DNA of 64,000 nucleotides from an uncultured Alphaproteobacteria bacterium (GCA_944391515.1 CALXTW010000002.1:4877-68876); one strand, 5' to 3'; shown: positions 1-11,105, counted from the first letter of the stretch. Numbers and translations: made by a program. The notes: generated by a model not told the origin, from the letters alone.

Positions 1-948
1 CCCCAATCTTTAGCATCGCCTTTCTTGAGTATTGAGGATGGGGGAGCCGGCTATGGGGATAAAGTTGTACTCAAACGACTGAATTTGCAAATCTCACAGG
101 ATGATAAGATAGCGTTACTTGGTGCCAATGGGAATGGTAAATCGACTTTGGCAAAAATCATTTCAGGACGTTTAGAATTATTAAATGGTCAAAGAAAGGC
201 TTCTCAAAAATTAAAAATAGGCTATTTTGCGCAACATCAGACGGAAGAATTGCCGATGGATTTGACCGCCTATGAATATATGAGTTCAATAATGCCCTCA
301 AAAACAGAAACCGAAATCAGGTCTCACTTGGCCGGATTCGGATTAGATAAGGAAAAAGCGTTAACACAAATTGCGCGCTTGTCGGGAGGGGAAAAAGCGC
401 GTTTGCTGTTTGCCGCCATGACTTATGATGCTCCTCAGCTTTTAATCTTGGATGAACCGACCAACCACCTGGATATTCAGGGTAGGGAAGCTCTGGTAAA
501 AGCTTTGAACGAATATGATGGAGCCGTCATACTCATCACGCATGATTTATATTTTTTGGAATTAACGGCAGATGAATTATGGTTGGTCGACAAGCAAACC
601 TGTAAACCTTACTCCGGCGATTTGGAAGATTATCGTCAATATCTGCTGTCCATAAAGGATAAAGAAAAATCCGTTGCATCGAGTAAAGCAATAAAAGAAA
701 CAGAAAAATCAAAAGCTAATAATTGGCAAGAAAAGAAAAATTTGCAGTCTCAGTTGCGTCGTTTAGAGAAGGAATTATCACAATTATCAGAGCAAAAGAA
801 GCAAGTAGAGGCACGTTTTCTGCAAGAATTAAGTGTAGATGAATTGATAAACAATCAAAAAGAACTCTCTGAAATAGAGAAAAAACAGCAAGATATTGAA
901 AATCAATGGGTTTTACTATCGGAGCAATTAGAAACTCTAAAAGATTGA
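1..948 (+). CDS. ABC-F family ATP-binding protein, 5'-truncated by the window (second NBD plus C-terminal coiled coil)
   Basis: Walker A GANGNGKST, signature LSGGEKARL, Walker B LLILDEPTNHLD, no TM segments; the frame is open to the window edge. Confidence 0.9.
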   Translation, partial: PQSLASPFLSIEDGGAGYGDKVVLKRLNLQISQDDKIALLGANGNGKSTLAKIISGRLELLNGQRKASQKLKIGYFAQHQTEELPMDLTAYEYMSSIMPSKTETEIRSHLAGFGLDKEKALTQIARLSGGEKARLLFAAMTYDAPQLLILDEPTNHLDIQGREALVKALNEYDGAVILITHDLYFLELTADELWLVDKQTCKPYSGDLEDYRQYLLSIKDKEKSVASSKAIKETEKSKANNWQEKKNLQSQLRRLEKELSQLSEQKKQVEARFLQELSVDELINNQKELSEIEKKQQDIENQWVLLSEQLETLKD

Positions 949-1106
949 AGCAACTTTTAAGGGAAAAATTATAATAAATAACAATTCTATTCATAATAAA
1001 GAAAATAAACTTGCAATCAAAAACAGGTTACATTATTATCCAACATATAAAATTAAATTAGAAGCTTTGAATGGCTCTTGTAAAATAAATCTGGGATATA
1101 TACAAA

Positions 1107-1544
1107 ATGACAAAATATTATATCGTAAGCGGTGGATTTGACCCAATACATGAAGGCCATATAGAAATGATAAAGGCCTCTGCAGCCAAAAGTGATGGAG
1201 TGATACTTCTTCTTAATTCCGATGATTGGTTGTGCCGTAAAAAAGGCAAAAATTTCATGAATTATAACACGCGCCGAATAATTTGCGAAAACCTCAAAGG
1301 TGTTATAGATGTGCTGTCTTTTGATGACAAAGATAACTCAGCAAGTGATGGCATAAAAAAAGCGAGAGCCAAATATGCTGATTGCGAATTAGTATTTGCC
1401 AACGGTGGAGATCGAACCAAAGACAATATTCCGGAATCTCCTATTTGTAGAGAGTTAGGGGTAACCTTGGAATTTGGTGTCGGAGGAGAAAATAAAGCCA
1501 ATTCATCATCATGGATTTTGGCAAATTGGAAAAAAGAAAACTAA
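1107..1544 (+). CDS. Cytidylyltransferase-family nucleotidyltransferase (TagD/RfaE-like)
   Basis: SGGFDPIHEGH (HxGH motif), ANGGDR, C-terminal SSS motif; first gene of the glycan locus. Confidence 0.8.
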   Translation: MTKYYIVSGGFDPIHEGHIEMIKASAAKSDGVILLLNSDDWLCRKKGKNFMNYNTRRIICENLKGVIDVLSFDDKDNSASDGIKKARAKYADCELVFANGGDRTKDNIPESPICRELGVTLEFGVGGENKANSSSWILANWKKEN

Positions 1545-1558
1545 AGAGCCAAGCCCCC

Positions 1559-2599
1559 ATGACAACACTAAAAGTAAAATTTACGGATTTCCTAGGAGAT
1601 TACAAAGGTAGCGTTATATATCAGGTATTGTCAGAAAGGTATTCTTTGGAAGAATCTGACCATCCTGATTTTTTGTTTTACTCAAATTATGGTTATCAAT
1701 TTAAAGAATATTCCGATATCAATTGTGTCAAAGTTTTTTATACCAACGAGAATATTGTTCCTGATTTTAATGAATGTGATTATGCTATAGGTTTTGATGA
1801 CTTAAGCTTTGGTGATAGGTATCTGCGCTTGCCTTTTTCTTATTTACAGTTAAAAGAAGAATGGAAACAACCTCGTCAGTTTGATAGAACCCAAGCTTTG
1901 CAACGAAAGTTTTGTAATTTTATCTACAGTAATAACTTTAGCGGGGTAGGGGCTAAACTGAGGGAAGAATTTGCAAAACAGCTAATGGAATATAAACAGG
2001 TTGATTGCCCAGGAAAAGTCCTCAATAATATGAAAGATGCCATTACTCCTCGTTTTGGAGATTGGCAAGCCGGGAAATTGGAATTTATGAAAAATTATAA
2101 ATTTTCAATAGCTTTTGAAAATTCACGAACGGACGGCTATGTAACAGAAAAATTGGTTCATCCGTTTGCCGCAGGCAGTATTCCAATATATTGGGGTAAT
2201 CCGAAAGTTGCTGAAGATTTTAACTCAAAAGCTTTTATCAATTGCAATGAGTATGAGAATTTAGACGAAGTCATAGCCAAAATAAAAGAATTGGATAATA
2301 ATGATGATTTATATATGGAAATGCTTTCACAACCGCCGTTAGTTAATAAACATCTTCCTAATATAGAGGATTTACGGGTATTTTTATATAACATCGTACA
2401 AAAGGGGAATATGCCTTTTGTCAAAAATCCACACGGCATTTCGGAAGCAAAATTTTTAAGGCAAGAAAATCAAATGTTAAAAGACGAGATATACGCCTTA
2501 AAACAAAGAAAAAGTTTTCCGTTTATAAAAACGGTTGTGAAACATGGTTACTTAAAATACTATTTGCTAGGTATAAATATTTATAAAAAGAAATTATAA
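1559..2599 (+). CDS. GT10 alpha-1,3/4-fucosyltransferase-like protein (ORF track starts at 1511)
   Basis: Fucosyltransferase motif YKFSIAFENS-x4-YVTEKL-x7-SIPIYWG; also ENIVPDFNECDYAIGFD and RYLRLP. Confidence 0.85.
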   Translation: MTTLKVKFTDFLGDYKGSVIYQVLSERYSLEESDHPDFLFYSNYGYQFKEYSDINCVKVFYTNENIVPDFNECDYAIGFDDLSFGDRYLRLPFSYLQLKEEWKQPRQFDRTQALQRKFCNFIYSNNFSGVGAKLREEFAKQLMEYKQVDCPGKVLNNMKDAITPRFGDWQAGKLEFMKNYKFSIAFENSRTDGYVTEKLVHPFAAGSIPIYWGNPKVAEDFNSKAFINCNEYENLDEVIAKIKELDNNDDLYMEMLSQPPLVNKHLPNIEDLRVFLYNIVQKGNMPFVKNPHGISEAKFLRQENQMLKDEIYALKQRKSFPFIKTVVKHGYLKYYLLGINIYKKKL

Positions 2600-2635
2600 A
2601 CATAAAAACTCTTTGAACGGAGTATGGGGTAAAGA

Positions 2636-3571
2636 ATGATTAACAAGGCTGATGTAAGCATCATCACAGCCACCTATAATTTATTAGCAACAGGTCGGAA
2701 AGAAAAAATGTTGCGTTGCTTGGAATCAATCCATAATCAAGAAAAAATCCGCCTGGAGCATATTATAATTGATGGTGCCTCCACCGATGGCACTCTGGAT
2801 TTTTTAAAACCATACGAAGAAAAAGGCTGGATAAAGCTCTATTCTGAGCCGGATTCCGGCATTTACGATGCCTTTAACAAAGGGATTCAAAAAGCCTCAG
2901 GCGAGTATGTTTGCTTTATCAATTCAGATGATTATTTGTTCCGCAATGACGGTTTGTTTGCCGCCATCAGCCTTTTAAGGAAAACCCAAGCAGATTTTTC
3001 TTATTCTCCGGTGCTTTATGAAAAAGGTGGAAAAATCATTTCCTCCGATGAAGCAACGCTAGATTTCAGAGACATATTTTATCACATGACCTGCAACCAT
3101 CAAGGCATGGTCTTTAAGCAGAGCTTGTTTGAACAAGTTGGTTACCATGACCAAACATACACGATTTGCGCGGACTATGATTTTATTTTAAGAGCTATAT
3201 TAAGAGGGGCAAAGTTTGTAAAACTGCCGCAACAATATGCGGTCTTTAGCATGGATGGCTATACCGGCACGCATATGGAGAACATTGCCGTCGAACAGCT
3301 CGGAATTTTGATGAAAAATTATGGTTGCACACAAAACCAAGCCCAAAAGATTCAAGAAATTAGCTATATCCCGTGGAAAGAATTCATAAAACTTTTGAGC
3401 TTAAGCAAAATAAGGGATAAATATAAATATATTTTAAGAAATTGGCGGCACTCACCGTTTCGCAAAAAGTTGCGGGAAATACGCCATTTCTTTATTAAAC
3501 TCCGCACCCGCAAAGGTAACAGCGTATTACGAATTTTAGGCATTACACTAATAGACGAGGAAAACAAATGA
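2636..3571 (+). CDS. GT2 family glycosyltransferase
   Basis: [39 protein letters not shown]. Confidence 0.9.
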   Translation: MINKADVSIITATYNLLATGRKEKMLRCLESIHNQEKIRLEHIIIDGASTDGTLDFLKPYEEKGWIKLYSEPDSGIYDAFNKGIQKASGEYVCFINSDDYLFRNDGLFAAISLLRKTQADFSYSPVLYEKGGKIISSDEATLDFRDIFYHMTCNHQGMVFKQSLFEQVGYHDQTYTICADYDFILRAILRGAKFVKLPQQYAVFSMDGYTGTHMENIAVEQLGILMKNYGCTQNQAQKIQEISYIPWKEFIKLLSLSKIRDKYKYILRNWRHSPFRKKLREIRHFFIKLRTRKGNSVLRILGITLIDEENK

Positions 3572-4635
3572 AAAAAGCACTCATCACCGGCATCACCGGA
3601 CAAGATGGTTCATATTTGGCGGAATTGCTGCTGGAAAAAGGCTATGAGGTTCATGGCCTCAAGCGACGTTCATCATTATTCAACACTGGCAGAATAGACC
3701 ATTTGGCCGGAAAAATTATTTTGCATGACGGCGACTTGACCGACAGCTCAAATTTGATACGTCTAATGAAAGAGATAGCCCCGGATGAAGTTTATAATTT
3801 GGCGGCACAATCTCATGTTAAAGTCTCCTGGGATTGTCCGGAATATACGGCAGATAGTGATGCCTTGGGCACATTGCGTTTGTTAGAAGCAATTCGCATT
3901 TGCGGGTTAGAGAAAAAGACCAAGTTTTACCAAGCCTCAACATCAGAATTATTTGGCTTGATTCAAGAACCTATCCAAAAGGAGACGACGCCGTTTTACC
4001 CGCGTTCGCCTTATGCGGTTGCAAAGCTTTATGCTTATTGGATTTGCGTCAACTATCGTGAGAGCTTTGGCATTTTTGCCGCCAACGGCATATTGTTTAA
4101 CCACGAGAGCCCCAGACGCGGCGAAACCTTTGTTACTCGCAAAATCACCATGGCAGCTTGCCGCATAGCCTTAGGCATGCAAGACAAGCTGCAACTTGGC
4201 AATTTGAGCGCCAAGCGCGATTGGGGCCATGCCAAAGACTATGTTGAAGGCATGTGGCGCATTCTGCAACAAGACAAGCCGGAAGATTTTGTTTTGGCAA
4301 CGGGTACCACCACGTCTATTCGTGATTTCTGCACCATGACTTTTAAGGAATTGGGCATTGACATTGAATGGCAAGGTGAGGGCGTAAATGAAAAAGGCAT
4401 TGATAAAAAGACAGGCAAAGTCTTGGTAGAGGTCAATCCTAAATTCTTCCGTCCGGCCGAAGTTGAGCTATTGTTGGGCGATTCCACCAAAGCCAGAACC
4501 AAATTGGGCTGGAAACCAAGCTATGACCTCGCAGCCTTGGTCAAAGAAATGGTGGCAGAAGACTATAAGTTAGCCCAAAAAGAAAAATTACTAAACGATA
4601 ACGGTTATGAAACCCTGACCCCGCGTGAGGCCTAA
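3568..4635 (+). CDS. gmd: GDP-mannose 4,6-dehydratase
   Basis: [52 protein letters not shown]. Confidence 0.98.
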   Translation: MKKALITGITGQDGSYLAELLLEKGYEVHGLKRRSSLFNTGRIDHLAGKIILHDGDLTDSSNLIRLMKEIAPDEVYNLAAQSHVKVSWDCPEYTADSDALGTLRLLEAIRICGLEKKTKFYQASTSELFGLIQEPIQKETTPFYPRSPYAVAKLYAYWICVNYRESFGIFAANGILFNHESPRRGETFVTRKITMAACRIALGMQDKLQLGNLSAKRDWGHAKDYVEGMWRILQQDKPEDFVLATGTTTSIRDFCTMTFKELGIDIEWQGEGVNEKGIDKKTGKVLVEVNPKFFRPAEVELLLGDSTKARTKLGWKPSYDLAALVKEMVAEDYKLAQKEKLLNDNGYETLTPREA

Positions 4636-4645
4636 GGAGGATAAG

Positions 4646-5710
4646 ATGGAAAAAAATGCAAAAATATACGTTGCCGGACATCACGGCCTGGTTGGTTCAG
4701 CAATTGTCAGAAAACTAAAAGCACAAGGCTATAACAACATAATTACACGCAGCTCTAAAGATTTGGATTTAACCAATCAAGCGGCAACGGATAAGTTTTT
4801 TGAGCAAGAAAAGCCCGATTATGTCTTTTTAGCAGCAGCCAAAGTCGGCGGTATTATGGCTAACCAAACCTATCCGGCGGAGTTTATTTATAAAAACTTG
4901 ATGATTTCCACCAATGTAATTAACAGTGCTTATCGCCACGGCGTAAAGAAATTGCTCAATCTTGGGTCATCTTGCATCTATCCGCGCATGGCGCCGCAAC
5001 CGATGAAGGAGGAGTGCTTGCTCACCTCTGAGTTGGAAAAAACCAACGAGGCTTATGCCTTGGCCAAAATTGCGGCCATCAAACTCTGTCGGTATTACAA
5101 TCAACAATATGGCACCAACTTTATTTCGGTAATGCCGACCAATCAGTATGGCATAGGAGATAACTTTAATATGGAAACAGCTCACTTATTGCCGATGATT
5201 TTGCGCCGTTTCCACTTAGCAAAATTGTTATCTGAAAATAATTTTGCGGCCATACGCAAAGATTTGCAAAGATATAAACTAGGCTGGGGTCTGGATGAAA
5301 AAATCAATTATGATGACAATCAATCATTAGAACAAGCCCTAAACCAAGTAGGCGCATATCGGGATAAGGTTGTCCTCTGGGGCGATGGTTCGGTTTATCG
5401 TGAAATGATGTGCTCGGATGACTTGGCCGATGCTTGCGTCTATCTGATGGAAAATAAGGATTATAAAGACATCGGGGAACATGTAAATATTACGGATGGC
5501 ACGGATATTCAATTAAAAGACTTGTTTGCTATTGTAAAAGAGATAGTAGGCTTTGCTGGCAAGATTGAATACGACCCGAGCAAACCCAACGGCACCCCGC
5601 GCAAGCAAATGGATGCCACTCGTATCAAATCCTTAGGCTGGCAACCCAAAATTCCATTAAAACAAGGCATCCAACAATTCTATGAATGGTATGTAACAGA
5701 AGAAAGGTAA
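4646..5710 (+). CDS. fcl: GDP-L-fucose synthase
   Basis: AGHHGLVGSA, AAAKVGGI, LGSSCIYP, YALAK, KPNGTPRK; AGGAGG SD before ATG 4646; adjacent to gmd. Confidence 0.95.
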   Translation: MEKNAKIYVAGHHGLVGSAIVRKLKAQGYNNIITRSSKDLDLTNQAATDKFFEQEKPDYVFLAAAKVGGIMANQTYPAEFIYKNLMISTNVINSAYRHGVKKLLNLGSSCIYPRMAPQPMKEECLLTSELEKTNEAYALAKIAAIKLCRYYNQQYGTNFISVMPTNQYGIGDNFNMETAHLLPMILRRFHLAKLLSENNFAAIRKDLQRYKLGWGLDEKINYDDNQSLEQALNQVGAYRDKVVLWGDGSVYREMMCSDDLADACVYLMENKDYKDIGEHVNITDGTDIQLKDLFAIVKEIVGFAGKIEYDPSKPNGTPRKQMDATRIKSLGWQPKIPLKQGIQQFYEWYVTEER

Positions 5711-5714
5711 AGCA

Positions 5715-6950
5715 ATGTATGATTATTTAATAATAGGCGCAGGAGTAACAGGTATAACTCTTTGCAAAAAATTAAAAGAGAAGGGAATAAATAACGTCAT
5801 TGTCTTAGAAGCGCAAAAGGAAGCCGGTGGGCTTTGTACCACAAAAAATATTAATGGACATCAACTTGATATTGGTGGCGGACACTTTTTTCATACCAAA
5901 CATCAAGAGATTTTTGATTACGTTTTTAAATATATTCCAGAAAGTGAATTTAATTTTATTCCGCGTGTATCAAAATTAAAAATGGGTAACACGACAATAG
6001 ATTATCCAGTTGAATCCAATTTATGGCAGTTGCCGTTAGCTGAACAAATTGACTACATAATTTCGGTTGTTCGTAATGGGGAATCTTTAGGTAAACCGGA
6101 ACCAAAAAATTATGAAGAGTGGATTCGTTGGAAACTAGGGGATAAAATCTGCGATAATTACATGATTCCCTATAATAGTAAATTATGGGGAGTGGCTCCT
6201 TCAGAAATGGATGTTGATTGGTTGTATAAAATTCCTCGTGTTAATGTGGAAGAAGTCTTGCAATATTGTTTGGAACACAAACAAGATAAAAGTAAATTCC
6301 CTGCACACATTAATTTTTATTATCCCAAGAAAGGTGGCTTCCAACGTATCTTTGACGCCTTGTATGCAGATGAAAAAGCTAATGTCGTACTAAATACGCC
6401 AGTTACCAAACTTACCTTACAAGCAGACGGTACTTGGCTTGTTAATAATAAATACCAAGCAAAAAATATCATTAATACATCTCCTTGGAATGATTTGTAT
6501 GAGGCATTAGGTAAACCGGCTCAATTAGCTGAGGATTTTGCCAAAATCAAATACAATCGCATAGTCGTATCATTGTATGAAAAAGATTATGATGTTGATT
6601 GGCATTGGCGTTATGTCCCGGATATTGACCGCAATTATCACCGTGAATTTTATATTCATAATTTTGCGGCAGACAGCAAACCGAATGGTTTGTATGTTGA
6701 AACCAATGTAAAAAGATATAAAGGTGAAGAAAATTGCATTGGAGGTAAAGAAATCTATCATTATGAAACAAAGGCAGCCTATCCAATTCCGGTAATTGGC
6801 CACACTCAAGCCATTAAGAATATTTTGGATTATTACAAAACCAAGCATTTGTACGGTGTCGGACGTTGGGGGCAGCACGAATATCAAAACGCCGATGTTT
6901 CAATGTTTGAAGCCATTAAATTTGTAGAACAATGTAATTTCAAGGAATAA
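5715..6950 (+). CDS. FAD/NAD(P)-binding oxidoreductase, UDP-galactopyranose-mutase-like
   Basis: N-terminal GAGVTG dinucleotide-binding motif, GGLC, DIGGGH, PYNSKLWG, AYP, GRWG; lies in the glycan locus. Confidence 0.65.
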   Translation: MYDYLIIGAGVTGITLCKKLKEKGINNVIVLEAQKEAGGLCTTKNINGHQLDIGGGHFFHTKHQEIFDYVFKYIPESEFNFIPRVSKLKMGNTTIDYPVESNLWQLPLAEQIDYIISVVRNGESLGKPEPKNYEEWIRWKLGDKICDNYMIPYNSKLWGVAPSEMDVDWLYKIPRVNVEEVLQYCLEHKQDKSKFPAHINFYYPKKGGFQRIFDALYADEKANVVLNTPVTKLTLQADGTWLVNNKYQAKNIINTSPWNDLYEALGKPAQLAEDFAKIKYNRIVVSLYEKDYDVDWHWRYVPDIDRNYHREFYIHNFAADSKPNGLYVETNVKRYKGEENCIGGKEIYHYETKAAYPIPVIGHTQAIKNILDYYKTKHLYGVGRWGQHEYQNADVSMFEAIKFVEQCNFKE

Positions 6951-6954
6951 TTTA

Positions 6955-9837
6955 ATGAACAAAAATGATCAAATTTTTTTTTCTGAATTATTTGCAGAAC
7001 ATAAAAAACTAAAAAAGAATATTTATATTTTGCAAACGCACGCTGGAGAAGTAGCAATGTTTGCACGATTAGTAAATGAGATTTTGAAAAAAGAACCAGA
7101 AATTACAATTGTAGCATCGAAGCCATACCATCTAGATATATTAAAGTTATTTATATCAAACGATGTACATATTGTGTATTTTAACTATTTAGAAAAAGGC
7201 TTAACCCATTTACAAAATGATTTTTATCAACTAAAAACATATCACATTTCTGTAATAACAAGTGTAGATTTTTGGAAACCATTTTGGCCAGATAGTTCTA
7301 AAATATTTTTTGATGAATTATTAAAATTGCTTAAGTTAGATAGAAAACATATATCATTCAATCCAACTCAGAAAAGTTTTGACGAGGAGAATTTATTAAA
7401 TAAAATTAGTAAAATTAATCTAAATTTAGAAAAATTTATAATTTTAACTCCTGAAGCAGCATCTTTTATTCCTCTTTCAGAAGCTTTTTGGATGGAAATC
7501 TGTCAGTTATTTTATGATAATGGATATGATATATTTTTAAATACTACAAATAGCTCATATACTCTTCCTCATACAAAAAAATGCATATTAAGTTTTGAGG
7601 AAATCTATCAGCTAGCCAAAAAATCAAAGGGAATTATCGGCTTGAGAAGTGGTTTATTTGATGTTGTAGCAGATATAAGAAATGTGCCGATGTATATATT
7701 ATATCGCACACACATAGACAATGCTATAGGAAATGTTGGAAAAAATGTATTAGGACGCTATAGTTTAAAAACGTTTCCATATTGTAATTCAGACTTAATA
7801 AAAGAATACGAATGCCATTACAGATCTGACGATTTAATTAAAGATTTAGAGATAGATTACAAGTTAAAAACAAAAGAACAAAGTAAAATTGATATAGTAT
7901 TATCTCCTGATGATAATTATGTTGAACATTGCCTCGTTTCTATGATTTCTATAATGGAAAATAAAAAAATAACAGATGAGGTAACATTTTATATTTTAAA
8001 TGGAGGTTTGCAAGAATATAACAAACAATTATTTAGATTGTTTGCTCAGAATTATAAAATTCCAGTTATTCTAGTTGATATTAATCCAGAAGATTTTAAA
8101 GAATATCAAAATGAAAGATGGGGGTTAGCTTATGCCTATCGTTTAAAATTACCCTCACTTCTACCTCATGTATCCAAAGTTATTTATTTAGATTGTGATA
8201 CCATAGTAAACTCTTCCTTGTCATCATTTTTTTATTCTGACTTAGGAGAAAACAGTTTAGGAATGATTCCAGACATGTGGTACAAAAAACAAGGAGCTAG
8301 ATTCCCTCAAAAAACAAGACCATATTGTAATTCAGGTGTTCTTTTAATTGATTTGGATAAATGGAGAAAACGTAATATAGAGCGTAAGTTATATGAGAGC
8401 TTTTTAGAAAATAAAGAAATTTTTGATTTTCCTGATCAAGATATTTTAAATACAGTTTTAGATAATCAAATCAAAATATTTGATTATAAATATAATTTAC
8501 AATGGCACGCATATCATGAGATAGAATATGCAGAAGAAGAGGCATATTTAGAAGCGTTGAAAAATCCAATAATAATTCACTACATTTTTGAAAAACCTTG
8601 GAATAATGATTGCAGACATTTTTTTAAGAATTTATATAGAAAATACTATGATGTTTTTCTTAGAATGAGTGGACTCTCAAAGGTTTTAGATGCTGCTCCG
8701 TATAATATTGAAAGTTTTTACCAGCAATTTTTAAAATATTCTCATGTAGGAGAATATAATATCATACTACATAGACATTTGGGAGATAATTTTATTATAG
8801 TTTCTTTGATCGAAGAATTTGAAAAGGAATATAAAAGTAAAGTTCATTTTGTTATCTCTCCAGAAACAGAAATTGTTATGAAATTGTTTAAAATAGACAA
8901 TTATACAGTAGTAAATATGAGACAATTTATTAAGGATAAATTACCACTAAAAGAAATGTCTTCTATGCAAATAGATAAAATAGAGGAAGAATTATTTGCA
9001 TATTATGTACCGTGTATTCCTGTAAAAACATTACCTTTTATAGTTTGGCCAACTCAAAATCGTTTAATTAAGAGCCAATCTTTTCCAAATTTTTTAACAT
9101 CATGGAGTTATTCTTTGGGATTAAATACAATACAAACAAAACTTCCAACAAAGTATCCAGCTATATCACAGAAATTTGCTAAAAAAATTGAAGAAATCGC
9201 TCCTCTTGATAAAATAGTACTCTTTGCCCCGGAAGCACAAAGTTTTAAAATGCTAGATGAAAGAATATGGGAAACTTTAGCGAAAGAAATAAAGTCAAAA
9301 GGATTTGAAATAATTTCAAATGTGATGCAACCTGAAAATTGTATCAAGGGTACCCATTACCTACAAATGAGTTTGGAAGAAGTAATAGCTCTCGCGATGC
9401 ATTGCCATTCGGTTTTCTCTTTAAGAAGTGGATTTTGTGATGTCATTGCTACAAAAGGAAAAAATTTGTACGTGTTTTATACTCCAGAGATGGGAGATAT
9501 GGCGTATTATTCCCTAAATAATTTATTTAAACTTCCATCGCCAGTACACGAGCATTTACTAACCTCATCTCAAAAAAAATCTTTAATTTGGCAAGGTGTC
9601 GATTTATTAAAAAATATAAATCGAAAGTGGTTGACGAAATACAAGAAAATACCACAAGCAACTCATAAATATTATTTATTTGGCTTAATACCTATACTTA
9701 AGAAAAAAATTTGGCCCAATAAAGTAAAATACTATCTTTTTGGAAGAGTCCTACTTTGGAAATCTGTAAAAAAAGGGCTAAATAAAGAAAAACATTACTT
9801 ATTCGGAGTGATTCCAGTTCTAAAAATAAAACGTTAA
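6955..9837 (+). CDS. Multidomain glycosyltransferase: GT-B-like repeat, GT8, GT-B-like repeat, then KxYLFG tail repeats
   Basis: Central GT8 motifs YLDCD, NSGVLLIDL, PDQDILN, IIHY..KPW; the two flanking domains resemble each other (PEAxSF...LRSGxxD). Confidence 0.7.
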   Translation: MNKNDQIFFSELFAEHKKLKKNIYILQTHAGEVAMFARLVNEILKKEPEITIVASKPYHLDILKLFISNDVHIVYFNYLEKGLTHLQNDFYQLKTYHISVITSVDFWKPFWPDSSKIFFDELLKLLKLDRKHISFNPTQKSFDEENLLNKISKINLNLEKFIILTPEAASFIPLSEAFWMEICQLFYDNGYDIFLNTTNSSYTLPHTKKCILSFEEIYQLAKKSKGIIGLRSGLFDVVADIRNVPMYILYRTHIDNAIGNVGKNVLGRYSLKTFPYCNSDLIKEYECHYRSDDLIKDLEIDYKLKTKEQSKIDIVLSPDDNYVEHCLVSMISIMENKKITDEVTFYILNGGLQEYNKQLFRLFAQNYKIPVILVDINPEDFKEYQNERWGLAYAYRLKLPSLLPHVSKVIYLDCDTIVNSSLSSFFYSDLGENSLGMIPDMWYKKQGARFPQKTRPYCNSGVLLIDLDKWRKRNIERKLYESFLENKEIFDFPDQDILNTVLDNQIKIFDYKYNLQWHAYHEIEYAEEEAYLEALKNPIIIHYIFEKPWNNDCRHFFKNLYRKYYDVFLRMSGLSKVLDAAPYNIESFYQQFLKYSHVGEYNIILHRHLGDNFIIVSLIEEFEKEYKSKVHFVISPETEIVMKLFKIDNYTVVNMRQFIKDKLPLKEMSSMQIDKIEEELFAYYVPCIPVKTLPFIVWPTQNRLIKSQSFPNFLTSWSYSLGLNTIQTKLPTKYPAISQKFAKKIEEIAPLDKIVLFAPEAQSFKMLDERIWETLAKEIKSKGFEIISNVMQPENCIKGTHYLQMSLEEVIALAMHCHSVFSLRSGFCDVIATKGKNLYVFYTPEMGDMAYYSLNNLFKLPSPVHEHLLTSSQKKSLIWQGVDLLKNINRKWLTKYKKIPQATHKYYLFGLIPILKKKIWPNKVKYYLFGRVLLWKSVKKGLNKEKHYLFGVIPVLKIKR

Positions 9838-9853
9838 CTATAATAAGGAAAAT

Positions 9854-11098
9854 TTGATGATTTTTAAGAAAATAACAAAATATCAAAAAGAACATTATAA
9901 AATGTTTAATATAACTTTATTAACGAAAAAACAAAAAAATATGCATATCCAATACTTCATTGGAGGAGTTTGCATATTAAAGAGATTTTTATTATATTCT
10001 TATCTCAAAAAACATTTTTCAATATTAAAACAAGAAATAGACAACAATAGAGAAATAATGTGTCAAAAAAAAGAAGAAGAGATAATAGAATTCATTAATT
10101 CAAACTTAGAAAACCCTTATAAATTTGAATTAATGAAACGAATCTATAATATATTTCGGTATAATCAATTTTTTCATTTTAATCACATAGTTTATCAGCG
10201 TTTATCTATGCAAGATATTGAAAAAGCCATGAAAGAATATAAAGAGCGCTATCCAAAACAAAAGCTATATCTAATGACTGATGTTATATATACAGATTTT
10301 GAATGTCAGAAAATAGAAGAAGATCAATTGGATAAAATAGAGAAAAGCAACACCTTAATAGTTTTGGGATTTAATAATGATGAAAAAGCCAGAAATATTA
10401 TAAATAAATTAAAAAGTTTAAATCTGAAATATATACCCGTGCTACAGTCTGTACCTATGGCAGAATATTATCATCTAGATAATACAGCAATGCAAGTCTT
10501 ATTAAAAGAGGCTGAAAATAATACTCATTGGCATTTTTGTCATGTTGATTTTCAAAATATTTTTCAAGCATTGCAAGCAACGAAGAATTTATCAGGGGAT
10601 TATGTAGAAATAGGAACTTACAAAGGGGATTCTGCGAGAGCTACATTAAATTATATGAAAACAGCCAATATAGAAAGAACTTCATATTTCCTTGATACGT
10701 ATGAAGGCTTTACTTATGATGAAGCTAAAACATCAGATGATGCAATTTGGCAAGACACACATACTGATACATCAATTGAACAAGTTAGAGCTTATCTCAA
10801 AGATTATCCCGAAGCGATATTGGAAAAAACAAATATTATATCTGAGGAATTACCAAAAGAAATAACACAAATAGCAGTTTGCAATGTAGATGTAGATATG
10901 TATGAGGCAATTTATGCTGCGCTCAATAAAGTAAAGGATTTAGTCGTTTCAGGAGGTATCATTATTGCAGAAGATTGTGGACATACCCCTGCCTTAATAG
11001 GAGGGCAAAAAGCAATTTTTGAATTTATTGAAGAAAATCAGGAGATGTTTATTCCAATTTATTTAAATAGTGGACAAATGTTTTTAATAAAAAAGTGA
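9854..11098 (+). CDS. TylF/MycF-like SAM-dependent O-methyltransferase with N-terminal extension
   Basis: GDYVEIGTYKGDS, DTYEGF, NVDVDMYE, GGIIIAED. Confidence 0.75.
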   Translation: MMIFKKITKYQKEHYKMFNITLLTKKQKNMHIQYFIGGVCILKRFLLYSYLKKHFSILKQEIDNNREIMCQKKEEEIIEFINSNLENPYKFELMKRIYNIFRYNQFFHFNHIVYQRLSMQDIEKAMKEYKERYPKQKLYLMTDVIYTDFECQKIEEDQLDKIEKSNTLIVLGFNNDEKARNIINKLKSLNLKYIPVLQSVPMAEYYHLDNTAMQVLLKEAENNTHWHFCHVDFQNIFQALQATKNLSGDYVEIGTYKGDSARATLNYMKTANIERTSYFLDTYEGFTYDEAKTSDDAIWQDTHTDTSIEQVRAYLKDYPEAILEKTNIISEELPKEITQIAVCNVDVDMYEAIYAALNKVKDLVVSGGIIIAEDCGHTPALIGGQKAIFEFIEENQEMFIPIYLNSGQMFLIKK

Positions 11099-11105
11099 AT
11101 ACAGA

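Noticed and set aside
6974-6982. T9 tract near the 5' end of the large glycosyltransferase as a phase-variation switch
   Set aside because: A/T runs of this length are common in this AT-rich region and the frame is intact
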